From: Octopus bimaculoides
Lineage: Eukaryota
Length of the DNA: 53,674 nucleotides
NCBI RefSeq assembly: GCF_001194135.2
Contig: NC_068984.1
Location: 53,600,767 to 53,654,440, forward strand
Direction: 5' to 3'
Below the pieces are notes generated by a model. The model did no database searches. It was not told the DNA's origin and was given only the letters and a program-made list of their open reading frames with translations. How positions within the stretch are numbered: the stretch's first letter is position 1; every line of letters begins with the position of its first letter. Below are positions 25,136 through 38,344 of the stretch, piece after piece. Position numbers and translations under genes: made by a program.

Positions 25136-26850
25136 GCGCTGGTATGAGAAACGCCAACGTTTCTTTGAACAAAACAAATAGTTCAACTTCAACCTCAAGA
25201 ACTTGGCAAAAATAAAATAGAGATCAGTGCAGCACCAACAGCAGAAGTGGAAGAATTTTGGAAAGAAATATGGTCGGCGAAGGGACAACCTCAACAAAGA
25301 TCTATGAAAACAACGAACACAGCACCTGAACAACTCTGAACCCCTGTAACAACTGAAGAGGTCACCCAAGCACTGCAAACACTTATCACCTGGAAGGCAC
25401 CCGGGCACGACAAGATCCCCAACTTCTGGCTAAAATATCTCACAGAAACACATAAAACGCTGGCTGGGAAATTTAATAAAATACTAGCAGAGCCAGAGAC
25501 AATGCCTGAATGACTCACGCAAGGAAAAACTATCCTAATTCCCAAATCCACTGAAATGGCAAACCCACAAAATTACAGACCAATAACTTGTCTCCCTACA
25601 ATTTACAAAGCCTTTACTGCAATATCGCAGAGAATGAGAAAACATTAGGAGGAAAAATAACATGTTTCCAGAAGAGCAGAAGGGATTCTGCAAGGGCTCA
25701 TACGGTTGTAAAGATCAGCTACTGATCACTAAAGCCATAACTGAAGACAACCGCAGAAAGAAGAATGGTCTAAGTATGGCCTGGATCGATTAACAAAAGG
25801 CTTTTGATAGCATCCCCCACACATAGATCCCAGAAACACTAGCCATGAACAAGGTAACACCAATAATCATAAAATATATAAAGCATTCCAGGGACTCATA
25901 AAAACCAAACCCGTCCACATTAGAAGAGGAATATTCCAGGGAGACACGCTCTCTCTACCACTTTTCTGATTGGCACTGACATCTTTAACTGACATGCTTA
26001 GCAAACTGGATGTGGATACAAATGTTACGGCTAAACAATCAGCCACCGCTTATATATGGATGATCTAAAACTGTACGCTACAAATGATAAACAGTTGAAA
26101 ACATTACTACAGACAGGACGTGTATTTACCAAAAAAACAATGAACAGGAAATTTGGCTTAGGGAACATGTGCCAAAGCAACCTTGAAAAGGGGAAAACTA
26201 GTTAAGAGTAAAAATATCACACTAAATAAAGCAAATGAAATAAGAGAATTAGACCAAAGCCAGACATACAAATATTTAGGAATCAATGGACTAGATACGA
26301 TACAACACACTCAAATGAAAGATAAGATAAGAAAAGAATACTATAGACATGTTAGATTCATACTGAAAACAGCTCAATGCAGAAAACAAGATAATAGGTA
26401 TCAACACTCTAGCCGTCCCAGTTATAAGTTACAACAACAATATTCTTAACTGAACTCTAAATGAACTAATCAAAATAGACAGGAAAAATAATGAACTAAT
26501 CAAAATAAACAGGAAAAATAATGACAGGATTTAGGATGCACCACCCAAAATCTGACATATAAAGGTTATATATCGAAGGTGGTAGAGGCCTTATACAGCT
26601 AGAAACTTATTACAAAATAACCACCATAGGATTACCGAAATACCTACTTCAGAAGCAAGGAAAACTAATAAAAATAGCCACAAAACGCTAACAAAACAAA
26701 AAAATGTTTTCAGTCTTAATGGAAGCTGACAAATACAAAAAAGAAGTCATAGCACCTGAGAACTATGAAGAAAAAGAAGAGACAACAAAAGCTGTAAAAC
26801 AACTGAAATCGAAACTAAAACTGGAACAACTGGTACAACTCCGTCAAGCG
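25136..26850 (+). mobile_element. R4/Dong-like reverse transcriptase pseudogene
   Basis: KAPGHDKIPNFWLK, YRPITCLPTIYK, GCKDQLLI, KAFDSIPH, RGIFQGD, YMDD (26053-26064), YKYLG; many stops; 30-bp tandem duplication at 26461-26520. Confidence 0.92.
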
Positions 26851-26859
26851 CCCTACGAC

Positions 26860-27180
26860 GCTGTCGAGCGGCATGGATCTGAGGGTCTACTGAAAGAACA
26901 AAAGACAGACACCTCTTCGGTTAAGCCCTTGTTGACTTTTTAAAGTTCTATTTGAAAAGGAAAATGAGGGCTGAGGGAGAGATGCTGCCTCCCTGTAAAG
27001 TTATTGAAAGATGAGTGAATGGGGCAAGAATGGTCTACGTGTGTGCGCAAACTTTAAACTGGAGCTAGTAGGATGGAGACAATGGATGGAAGATCGTGCC
27101 TTCGGTGATTGTGGTGACTAAGAGTCTGTGGGATTTCTTGTTTATTCCTGGGTAGTACTCCCCACCCTACTGAAAATTGA
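26860..27180 (+). mobile_element. Probable Tx1/L1-clade LINE 3' fragment
   Basis: ALVDFLKFYLKRKMRAEGEMLPPCKVIER*VNGARM resembles Tx1-type ORF2 C-termini (recalled, not aligned). Confidence 0.45.
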
Positions 27181-27286
27181 ATATTTTCCTATATTATCTC
27201 TGAACCCAATTTCTGTTTTGGTAGTAAGATGTACAAAAAAATTTCAGAGTATGTGATACATTCAACAGCGGAGATGCAAATAACCT

Positions 27287-27355
<69 letters not shown>

Positions 27356-28131
27356 GAGTGTATATGTAAGTATGCATGTGTGCGGTGGGGGGCTGTTGTG
27401 TTTGTGTGTGTATACATACATACATACATACAGCCAGTCAGCCAGCCAGCCAGCCAGATAACCAGCCAGATAACCAGACATGCATTTCTGTCTGCGTTAT
27501 TTTCAAAGATTGTTAACACTAATATTATGTTTACTCAATATTTCCCAACATCAATCAATGTTAAAGTTTATTTACATGAAAACTTAACACATTTAGTAGG
27601 TTTCTCAGTTACCGTTTCCTGCCGTGCTTTTTCCCAGCATGTCGAACTTTTCCGAGTAATATGGAATTTCTTCTGACATTTAGACATTTAAGAGGCTCGT
27701 GTTTATTTTCCAATTGATTCATATAATCGACAGTCTTTTACGTTCTTGTTTGGCAACTTCAAAGACTATGTAATCAATGATTTTTTTCCCTTTATATATA
27801 TAGATTTACATGCATACATACATGCATACATACATGCATACATACATACTTATTCCACCCGATAAAGCGTCCACACACGGCTGTTGTTGAAAAACGTTCA
27901 ACTATATAATAACTGTAAAGAATGATCTTCTATAATAATATATGAATATATGAATATAGTCAGAAATTTAGAGCTGGTGCGCGGTGCAGAAAAAAATGTT
28001 GTGATCTACTATTAAAGCCTGTTATCTTCCATCTTTGTGTTATATTAAACACACGTGTGTGTGTGTGTGTGTATGCACAGACATCTATATATGTACACAT
28101 AGAGAGTCTCTCTCTGTCACATACATGTATG

Positions 28132-28165
<34 letters not shown>

Positions 28166-28409
28166 TGTATGTATGCATGTATGCGTGTATGTGTATATAT
28201 ATATAGATATGTATATATATGTATACATATATGTATATATATATGTATATATATATATATATATATANNNNNNNNNNNNNNNNNNNNNNNNNNNNNNNNN
28301 NNNNNNNNNNNNNNNNNNNNNNNNNNNNNNNNNNNNNNNNNNNNNNNNNNNNNNNNNNNNNNNNNNNNNNNTGTGTGTGTGTGTGTGTGTATCTTACACC
28401 AGAGTAAGC

Positions 28410-28632
28410 ACATAAATGTGAAACAAGGTCGAAGAAAAATAGTACTCGAATACCGGAGGTAGAGTAATATGGTTTATTAATAAAGCTGCAAAGATATCGC
28501 AAAAACTATTACTCAGAGTTTCACGTTCCCGTTCGCCGGACAGTTTTAGTTGATCCATTCTCGATCAAAACTGTCCGACGAACGGGAACGTGAAACTGAG
28601 TAACAGTTTTTGTGATGTCTTTGCAGCTTTAT
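28410..28632. mobile_element. Penelope-type pseudo-LTR-like repeat forming a ~75-bp-arm palindrome (28480-28555 / 28563-28632)
   Basis: Arms are reverse complements with few mismatches; 7-nt loop CATTCTC. Confidence 0.8.
28567..28611 (+). ncRNA. Minimal type I hammerhead ribozyme motif (second copy on the minus strand at 28501-28547)
   Basis: AAAACTGT-CCGACGA-ACG(GGAA)CGT-GAAA-C(TGA)G-TA-ACAGTTTT: stem I, core box, stem II, GAAA, short stem III, GUA site; U4 is C. Confidence 0.65.
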
Positions 28633-29340
28633 TTATAAAGTATATATATATCTCAGGAAGTTAATTGTTATCACCAATCATACAGTGTCCATTGGTTTCG
28701 CACTTATAAAGCAGTGAAAGAGAACTTGGAGCTATGTGATTGGGAAGCAAGCTTCTTACCAAACAGCCATGCGTGCACCTAGGAGACACACTTAATTGTT
28801 GGGAAAAAAAATCTCTTCTCCTCAGATGGAATCTAACGTAGTTCTTTCCTACAGCTCTACGATTAAAGGCATGCTAGTCGTAACCACCTCGTTGATTAAG
28901 AACTCTGCTTAGCCTATGTTATTGAGTTTATTTCATTCTACAATAGGCACAAGAGATGAAATTTTAGGGGAGGTGTCTAGTCGGTTACGTTGACCCTTCT
29001 GATCAACATGTAATTTGGTTGCTAGCTCTAGCCGTTCCAGCGGTCAAGAATAGGCTCCTTCAGCTTGCTCTAATTTAAGTTTCATTCGTAGGGGAACTTA
29101 ATTTCAACTCTGTAAGGTAAAGCAGCTGTCACAGCATATTTATGAGCATTGATAGGGGAGTTATGAAATACAAGTCCTTATTTAAGGCTCGCCAATAGAA
29201 CTGAGAATAATTTGCTAAAATAAACCAAACGAAATATGCATACACATACATACACGTATACATGTAATCGACTAGTCTCTACCTCGAAATTACTGGCCTT
29301 GTGCCAAAACGTGAAACTATTTTGTAAACTCAGATAGAAG

Positions 29341-29548
29341 CGGCGAACTGGCTGAATCGTTACCACGTAGGACAAATTGCTTAGCGATATTTCTTCCGGA
29401 TCTACGTTCAAATGCCGCTCAAGTCAACTTTGCTTTTCATTCTTTCAGGGTCGATTAAATAAGTGCCAGTTGAGCACCGGGGTCACTGTAATCGATTTGT
29501 CCTTCTCCTCAGAATTGCTGGCCTTGAGCCTATAATAGAAAGAATACT
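29341..29548 (+). mobile_element. SINE family C
   Basis: GGCGAACTGGCTGAATCGTT...GGGTCGATTAAATAAGTGCCAG...ATAATAGAAAG. Confidence 0.8.
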
Positions 29549-30574
29549 ATAACACCGAGTAAACTCTGATGGAGCATAATTATGATTAAAGGCGTCGCAC
29601 ATGTAAAAATCTCGTCATTTTCCAGTCAGTACATCTGGGAGTACACTATTCAATATGTACTTTACTTTTTAGGATTGCAGAACGTGAATTGAGGGATATT
29701 TGAGTGTTAGTACAAGATATCGAACTATCACATTCATAGTTCTTAACTGGTTCGTCATCAGAGTATTTTATAATATCCGGTATAAAATTTACATTTGACA
29801 AAGTTTTAGTTCCCTCATGTTCCAGCTTGTAAAATAGGAGAAAGGAACTTGTAAACACTTCTACACACAAGGACTCTACGTGCGCACACATATCCAGACA
29901 TAGACACACATACACAAACATGCTCTTACACACACATGTGCGCGCGCATATATATGTAAGACGGAGTAAGCGATGTGTTATCAAATTTCTCAAATCGTTT
30001 TCCTCTATGCTAATTGAATCTCTAAAAGCATTGCATTTTCCAGAGGAGAAATATCAATCTGGAAGTTTACAAGAATTTCAACGCTTCTCTGTTGTTTACC
30101 TCTGTGCGCTGTTATACTTTTGATTTTTATATTTTGTGGCTAAAATTTCATGGCTAGAAATAAGTAATTCTTCACGATAACGTTGATAGCTTTAATAAGG
30201 TCATCGAACCTGAGATTTGACACGTTTATTACAATCAACGATATCTAGAATGAAAGGGAAATATATTAACGATAGCTCCAGTTTGATTCTTTCTAGATTT
30301 CTAAGTCGAGAAAAGAATACATTCACTAGCCGGGAATACATACACTAGTCACACAAACATGAGTGCGCAGAACACGCAAATCGAATAAACAGACAAAAAG
30401 TTGTAAAAGGCTAATAATATAGCTGGCTTGTCATTCACAACGATAACGTTTTATGAGTAACAGAGAGAAAGAGAAGGTGGGGGGGGGGAAAGGAGGGAGA
30501 GAGAGGAATATGTGTGTGTGTATGTGTATGTGTGTGTGTATGTGTATGTGTGTGTGTATGTGTATGTGTGTGTG

Positions 30575-30822
30575 GTGGAAGGACGCACTCGATTGAATCG
30601 ATTTTAAGATGATACAGATATTTGCTGGCGCAAATGAGTGGTCTCCTGGTTGGCTTGAGATAATAGCCAAGTCTTCCAAAAAATCGCATCCAACCGTTTT
30701 TAAAGAGAAACGTTGGATAATGTGCATTGGATTCTCTCCAAGTGGGAAAAATAAAAGGATGGTCTCGGTTGGAACGTATGTGGCCATAGGCTTATTTCAT
30801 CAGGAGCTAAACGACAACTGCC
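30575..30822 (+). mobile_element. SINE-like family D, degenerate
   Basis: GAGATAATAGCCAAGTCTTCC...GGATGGTCTCGGTTGGAACG...CAGGAGCTAAACGACAAC. Confidence 0.55.
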
Positions 30823-31321
30823 AATCAAAAAGACAGGAAATATGAATCTTAAAGTGGAAAAAATTTGAACTCGGCTTGTAGAGATACAAAATTCGCTACT
30901 ACAATTCCCTTGTTGAGTTATCTAACGTTTCTGCTAATTCACTAGTCTAGCAGAAACATTGTAACATGGTTAAAAATTTGTTGCATTTACTTACAGATAA
31001 AAAAATATACATGAAATCCTTGAGATCGATATATGTGATATATTGATTTTAATACAAGCAGTGTTAAGAAGCAACTATAACTGATAGTTGAATCATTGTA
31101 TCAATAATGGTAAACCTAATTGCATAGAATTAATGCAGAGTTCGTTCATGGCAATGCTGGTGAGAATTATTAATGTCAACGACCTATATACACCCACGCG
31201 CATACATACATACATACATACATACATACATACATACATACATACACACATACATACATATGTACGCACGTACATACATATGTACGCACGTACATACATA
31301 CATACATACATACATACATAC

Positions 31322-33790
31322 ATTTGGAACGAAAAGAGGAATTTCAATCTGATTGCATCATGGTTAAATATAATTGAGAAGGAATACTGTATCAACACTA
31401 ACAGTAAAACATACAAAATTGATGCAGAAACCTTCGCTAAAGCAGTAAGCAAGCTGCAGAATGGGAAGGCACCTGGAAGTGACCTAATAGTTGGATATTG
31501 GTACAAGAAGCTGACATTTTATAGAAACCATTTGATATGTATGTTCAAAATGACTATGGAAGGTCAGACTGATATACCAAATTGGCTTGCTACAACAAGG
31601 TCAAATCTTGTTGCCAAAAGTGAAATCACCGAGGTGGCAGGAAATCACAGGCCCATTGCTTGCTTAAACATTATGTACAAACTGTACACGGGTTTCCTCA
31701 ATCAATCCCTCCAGGACCATTTTGAGTCGAACAACATTGCGGCTGATGAACAGGCTGGTGCAAAGAAGGGGGTGTGGGGATGTGCCGAACAGCTTTTAAT
31801 AAACAAAGCTGTACGGTCTGAAGTAAGAAAACAACGTAGAAATCTTGTGTCAGTACGGCTTGACTATTGGAAGGCATTTGACTCTATTTCTCATTCATGG
31901 CTGTTGAAGTGCCTACGTCTGACAAAATTACATACTACCTTAATTGCTGCTATAGAGAGACCCGGAACGACATGGACAACAGTTCTTACCCTTACAACTG
32001 AGAACAGAATAATTGTTTCTGATAGTATAGGCATTTCAAAGGGAATATTTCAGGGAGATAGTCTTTCTGTACTTCTTTTCATTTTGGCACTGAATCCATT
32101 ATCGTTCCTACTGCAGAAAACAAATGGTTACATGCTAGGATCTTCAACTGCTAGAAATATCAATGTAACTCATAATTTCTTTGTAGACGACCTGAAGATT
32201 TATGCTAAAAGTGTTTACAATGCCAAAAAAACACATGGAATTAATAACAACATTTTCAGCTGATATAGGCATGGAACTTGACTAAAAGAAATGTTCATAT
32301 TTGGTTATAGAACGAGGAAAGTCAGTCCCCCAAACCCCAAACCTGTACATCAACAGTCTCTCTATCTTTCCCATTCCACACAAAGAATGTTACAAGTACC
32401 TAGGCATAGACGAAAATGTATCATATGAAGGCATTGTGAATAGAATGATCCGAAAATATTACACCAGACTTAAGAAAATATGGCAGTCGGAACTCTCCTC
32501 TTACAACAAAATAATATCCCACAATGCATTTGCAGTCCCAGTGCTGATCCCAAAATTTGGAATACTTGATTGGTCTGTAGAGGAAATCCACTCCATATGT
32601 ATCATATCCCGCAACAGGGAACTTCCACAGAAGCAGTGATGTTGACAGGTCCTATCTAAGAAGAAATGAAGGTGATAGAGGCCTCAAATCAGTGTAGACG
32701 GCCTTCGAATCCCGTATGGTATCACTCAGGCAGCACCTGTTAAACAACAGCCGCAAAAATAAATATATAAATGCAGTGCTGAAAAGTGAAGTGACCAACA
32801 TTGTACGAGTTGGCAGTGACCTCCTCAAGAAGCACTCTCTTCCTGATGATCTGTACAGCCCTAAAACAGCTGGGCTCTCTTACCTCAGAGAAGACCTGGA
32901 CGGAAAGCACTCAGCATACAAAAAAAAAAGACTGCATGGGTATGTTACCCAGAAGCTTTAAGACAGTAGAATTGCTACAAAGCGCAGCCTCTCTTGGACA
33001 CAAGACCACTACATCACACTTTGAAGGCTATGCGTTTGCAATCCAAGAACAGGAAATTGCTACAAAGTACCTGGTGAACAAGAGAGACAGTGACGCTCTT
33101 GTAATCCCAAGGTACAACCGCATGTGTAGGCTTTGTCATGTTTCTGTTGAAGACATTACTCTTGTGATTAGCAGCTGTCCTAAAATGTCATCACAGTACT
33201 ACCTCCCTATGCAGCACGATGTTGTTGCTAAAACAATTTACAATGCCATCCGCAAAAAAGACTATCCTGAAATAGTCTTAGAAAATCCTTGTTATGGAAT
33301 ACATTCATAAACACCAACTCAAGGAATACTGGGGGAATATTCCTATCAAAGCTTCTCTCAAATGTAAACATAACAGGCCGGATATTGTTGTTTGGGACAG
33401 AGGAGCAAAGGTATGTACCATCATTGGGGGCAGCTGCCCTGCAGATATAGACATCTCTTCGAAAATCAAAGGAAAAGAGGATGTCTATGGACAACTGCTT
33501 CGAAACATCCAGCTTCTAAATCCAGACTACGAATTCATATTCATACCAATAATAATTGGAACGCTTGGTTTTGTTAGTAAATGCTTAAAGGAGAATCTGG
33601 ATAAACTGGGATTTTCAGAAAGAGAAATCGACCGGCTAATTCGTACATCACGAGTGCAACCTGTAAATGAAAGAGTAAAAATATGCAAGACTTTTCTCAA
33701 GTTCCAAATGTGAATTTGTCTGTGTTAAATACATCCCAAAGATGGAGCCTTGTATTTTTGTTAGAAACCGGCTCCCTCCTCAGTGGAAGA
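31322..33790 (+). mobile_element. 5'-truncated RLE non-LTR retrotransposon (family 2; R4/Dong-like, Hero not excluded): RT, CCHC and RLE with frameshifts
   Basis: KAPG, HRPIACLN, QAGAKKG, LDYWKAFDSISH, GIFQGDSLS, FVDD (32180-32191), YKYLG, CRLC..ITLVISSC (His replaced by Leu), RPDIVVWD; stop at 33713, then 3' UTR. Confidence 0.95.
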
Positions 33791-33813
33791 TTTATGATAA
33801 TTAAATAATAGAA

Positions 33814-33861
<48 letters not shown>

Positions 33862-33985
33862 CAAATACATACACATACATATACATGTATATGTATATAT
33901 GCAATTATTATGTATGTGTAATACATACATACATACATACATACATGCATACATACATGCATGCATACATACATACATACATACA

Positions 33986-34014
<29 letters not shown>

Positions 34015-34017
<3 letters not shown>

Positions 34018-34490
34018 ATCCCGAGGACAAAGAAATAAGCCACATATGGTAGAAGCGATCGCCATTCATAATAAAAAGGAGTACTGGTGGAATGTCCCAG
34101 TGAAATACTCAATAAAATGTAAACACAATAGACCTAACATAATGATTTGGGATAGAGAAGAGAAACAATTGTGGAAATCAGCTGCCTAGCGGATGTTAAC
34201 ATAAAACTGAAGATCGGTGAAAAAAGAAACCTACGCTGAACTATTGAGAAATCTGAAGTTACTGTATCCAGTTCGGGTTTATACCTGTAATCATTGGAGC
34301 ACTGGGATATGTAACACACTGCCTTAATACCGATGTTGAGAAATTAGGTTTCTCATCCAAGCCATCACTTATTCTGTAAATATCTGTAAAACTCTCCATC
34401 AGTTTATTATTTAAGTATATATGAGCATGTCTAGATATGCAAGTATGTGTGAGAAGATATACAAAAAACAAAACATTCGAATTAGCACGT
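34015..34490 (+). mobile_element. Family 2 RLE fragment with partial 3' UTR, between (TACA)n arrays
   Basis: EYWWNVPVKYSIKCKHNRPNIMIWDREEK; UTR similar to 4625-4680. Confidence 0.85.
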
Positions 34491-34708
34491 ATACATACAT
34501 ACATACATACATGCATGCATACATACATACATACATACATGCATGCATACATACATACATGCAAACATACGTACATACATACATACCTGCATACACACAT
34601 GCGTACGTATAGACATATATAAATACATACATTGGTGTACATACACATACATATTTATAATTATGTATGCATGTACATATGTGTATGTATAAGTATATAT
34701 TATATATG

Positions 34709-34741
<33 letters not shown>

Positions 34742-35129
34742 ATGTATACACACACACATGTACGTATGCCTGTGGTTTTCTATTTTTTATTATTTGAAGT
34801 TTTCCTATTATGAAGGAACTACTTTCTAACAGTGATACATAACACAGTCATTGAAATGTAGATACAAAAATGTCACATTTTGAACTTGAGAAAAGTTATG
34901 CATACACCCACTGGTCCGCTTACAGATTATATTTGTAATGCATGTGTAAGCTGGTTGATTTCTTTTCCCGAAAACCTTAGCTTCTCTAGATTGTTATTTA
35001 GGCAGTTACTAACCAAACCAAGTGCATCAATTATTATTAGTATAAATGTAAATTTATAATTTGGGTATAGAAGTTGAAGGTTCCGTAGTTATTATCTTCC
35101 TCTTTGACAACTGAAGAGATATTCAAACC

Positions 35130-36900
35130 AGAGAGGCAGCTGACTTGACATACCTTTCCTATACAATTTGTCTTCTTTGTTTACGGCTTGTTTGTACTTG
35201 GTAGAAGTTTTGATGAGAATATTCTACCAATATTCCTTGTTTTGAGGATTCCTTATATTTATACCTCAGTCTTTTTATCGGGTGACACTGTAAATTGTTT
35301 TAGTGACAATGTCATATTATATGAGAGGTAGTCCCTTAATATTTTTGTGCAGTCGCTAAACATGTTTGATGTCGTCAACAGAAATGTGACACATTCGATA
35401 TTTTCGGGGTTCCAAGGGCTTCATTGAATCTTTTGTTCATTAGGTATTTTGTAACAATCTCCTGTTCATGGATTGCAAATACATAGCCTTCAAAGTTTGA
35501 TGTGATGTAACGGTCGTGAGTTCAAGAAAAGCTGCACTTCCTATCAAAAATTGTGCCATCTGCAAGTCTTCAGGAAACATACCTATGCATAGTCTTTTTT
35601 GGCTGAGGATTTCACATACACGTCTTCTTTAAAGTACGTTAGTTCAGATATTTTTATGGTTGCATGGGAAGTCATCAGGAAGAGAGTACATCCTGAGGTG
35701 CTTACTACCGACACATGTTATTGTACTCTTTGCTTTTTAATACTAGATTTATATATTTCTGAAGCTGTTATTTAACAGCATCAGACTATACGACAGACTG
35801 CGACAGACTATACGACATTCGAAAGCTGTCTACATTAATCCCAAGCTTGTACCTCTATCTCTTCTGAAATTGAGCCTGTGAATATTAGTGTTTAAGCAAC
35901 CGTTTCCTCTCGATGTCACAATCTTGCAGGTTTTAATGTTTATGGAGTGGATTTTCTCTATAGACCAGTCAAGTGTCGCAAATTTTGATATCAGTATCGG
36001 TACTGAAAATGCGTTATGGGATATTGTCTTGTTAAAAGAGGAGAGCGCCGAATGCCATATTTTAAAAAATCTGGTGTAATATTCTTGGATCACTCAATCT
36101 TTGTTCACAGTAAATCTGTTTTGATATATTTTCTTCAATGTATAGGAATTTGTAGCATTCTTTGTGTGGAAGAGGAGAGATAGAAAAAGTGTGATCAACA
36201 CTTCTTTTGGTCAAATTCCATTTCTATATCTGTTGAAAATATTACTATTAACTCTAGCTATCTTTTGGTATTGTAAATTTTTTGAAGCATAAATCTTCAG
36301 GTTATCTACAAAGAAATTATGAGTTACATTAGCATCTCTAGCAGTTACTGATAATAAATTTAATGCCAAAAGAAACAGAATTGCAGAAAGACTATCTCCT
36401 TGGAATTATTCTATTTGAAATATGTATGACACCAGGACAATCATTCCGCTCTCATTTGTAAGTGTGAGGATTGTTGCCCAGGTCTTTGTGAGCCCCTCGA
36501 CGGCAGCAAGATAGCAGTAAGATAGCCGGTACTTTTGCCGAGTGCAAAGACTTCAACAACCATGAGTGGGGAACAGTGTCGAATGCTTCCCCGTAACCAA
36601 TTCATACTGTCACGAGCTGCACAAAAATGTTAAGGGACTACCTCTCATAAACTCCTCATTTATCAAAAGTTGTTTGGCACATCTCCACCCTTCCTAAGTC
36701 TCACCTTCCTGCTCACCAGCCACTATGTCGTTGAGCTCACAACGATCCTGGAGAAATTGCAGCTTTCCTTCCTTCAACTAATCATAAAAGATAGCTCATC
36801 TATAAATTGGTTCGACAAATGATTTAGAAAATCTCTTGCTTAAAGTGTGAGGGTTATCATTTTATTTCTAGTTTGTTTCTTTCTATGTTTCTTTCATTCC
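35130..36900 (-). mobile_element. Degenerate family 2 RT-RLE element in the opposite orientation
   Basis: EYYTRFFKIWHSALSSFNKTISHNAFSVPILISKFATLDWSIEKIH closely parallels 32450-32600. Confidence 0.85.
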
Positions 36901-37199
36901 CATATTTGTTTGATTTCCGCATCGTGAAAGATTTTACACCATAGATAAAAAAAAAAAACAGCTTTGTCCAAAAGCTTAAATTTTGACCGCACCACTGGAG
37001 TCCATAAGGATATTTTGAAATGGGATTTATTTTTACGCTTCTTATTTAAGATGCTTATAACAGGTAGAATTATGTTGGCCTATATAACAGTTCTAACTCA
37101 CTCCTTTTCGCTCTAATTTCCACTTTTTTATTGTTTCATTCTCTCATTTCCATTCAATATATATTTCCCCCTTCTTCTTATTCATTCACCAATCATCTT

Positions 37200-37202
<3 letters not shown>

Positions 37203-37294
<92 letters not shown>

Positions 37295-37295
37295 A
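37203..37295. repeat. (CT)n microsatellite
   Basis: Direct inspection. Confidence 0.95.
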
Positions 37296-37951
37296 TCCCC
37301 TCGTTGCACATTACATTTATAGACACTTTCATTATACTGAACAATACTTTACAGCAATTTTAGATTTTATCATATGATTACAAGGAAATACTTTTGGATC
37401 GAAAACATTAGATATTTTTTATATCGATCTAAATCAAAACAAAGAAATTGTCGATGCAATATCGATTATTTATTAGCACAGCTGAAGCCAACTTATTTAA
37501 TTCGACAGAGACGGAAAAATGTTGAATGTGTCATAGTGACAGATAATTGCAAATTTCTTTGTCGCGAAAGAAGATCCGATCGTAAGAGATCCCCGATGTT
37601 TTTATTGATAACCAATCGATCAATGATATCTTGTTTGTTTGTTTTTTTCCACGTTTTAGATTTTATTTCTAACATAAAAGCAAATAAACTCTTAAAGTAA
37701 TTTCAAAAATTGACGTAGTTTTCACCGAAAAATATTGACTAAAACAGTACTTGCATGCACATCCACAGTTACAGACAGGTATTGACCTTGCAAATATAAG
37801 GGCATACGTACGAATACAGTTAACTTAAAATACCTCTATGCATCACTCGACATGATATAAGCAGCAGTCAAACTTCCCTCGAATCACACGTTATCACGTA
37901 AAAAGAAAGGAGTGAACAGATTCAATGATGTAGTGCCAAGTACAATATGCC

Positions 37952-38034
<83 letters not shown>

Positions 38035-38344
38035 AAAAGAAACAAAATGGAATGGCCACAGCTGGAAAGCCTTTGATCATAGGTCCGTTCTATAAGGACT
38101 CAGTTGATACTAACCAACAACAATTGCGATACAGAGACAAACTGGACAAAGGAGGAGAAACAACCTACCAAGCACCTCATGCAGTCAACCGTTGCCTGTT
38201 AGAATGCTTAGTTATGATCTTTAACTTGGCCGAAATATAGAATAGTTGAAACAATGGATCTGTGGTTGGCCCTTATATGTTTGGTTGACTTCCCAACGTG
38301 GCATAATGCTGCTACAGAGAACTAATAAAGGGACTATGCAGCAG

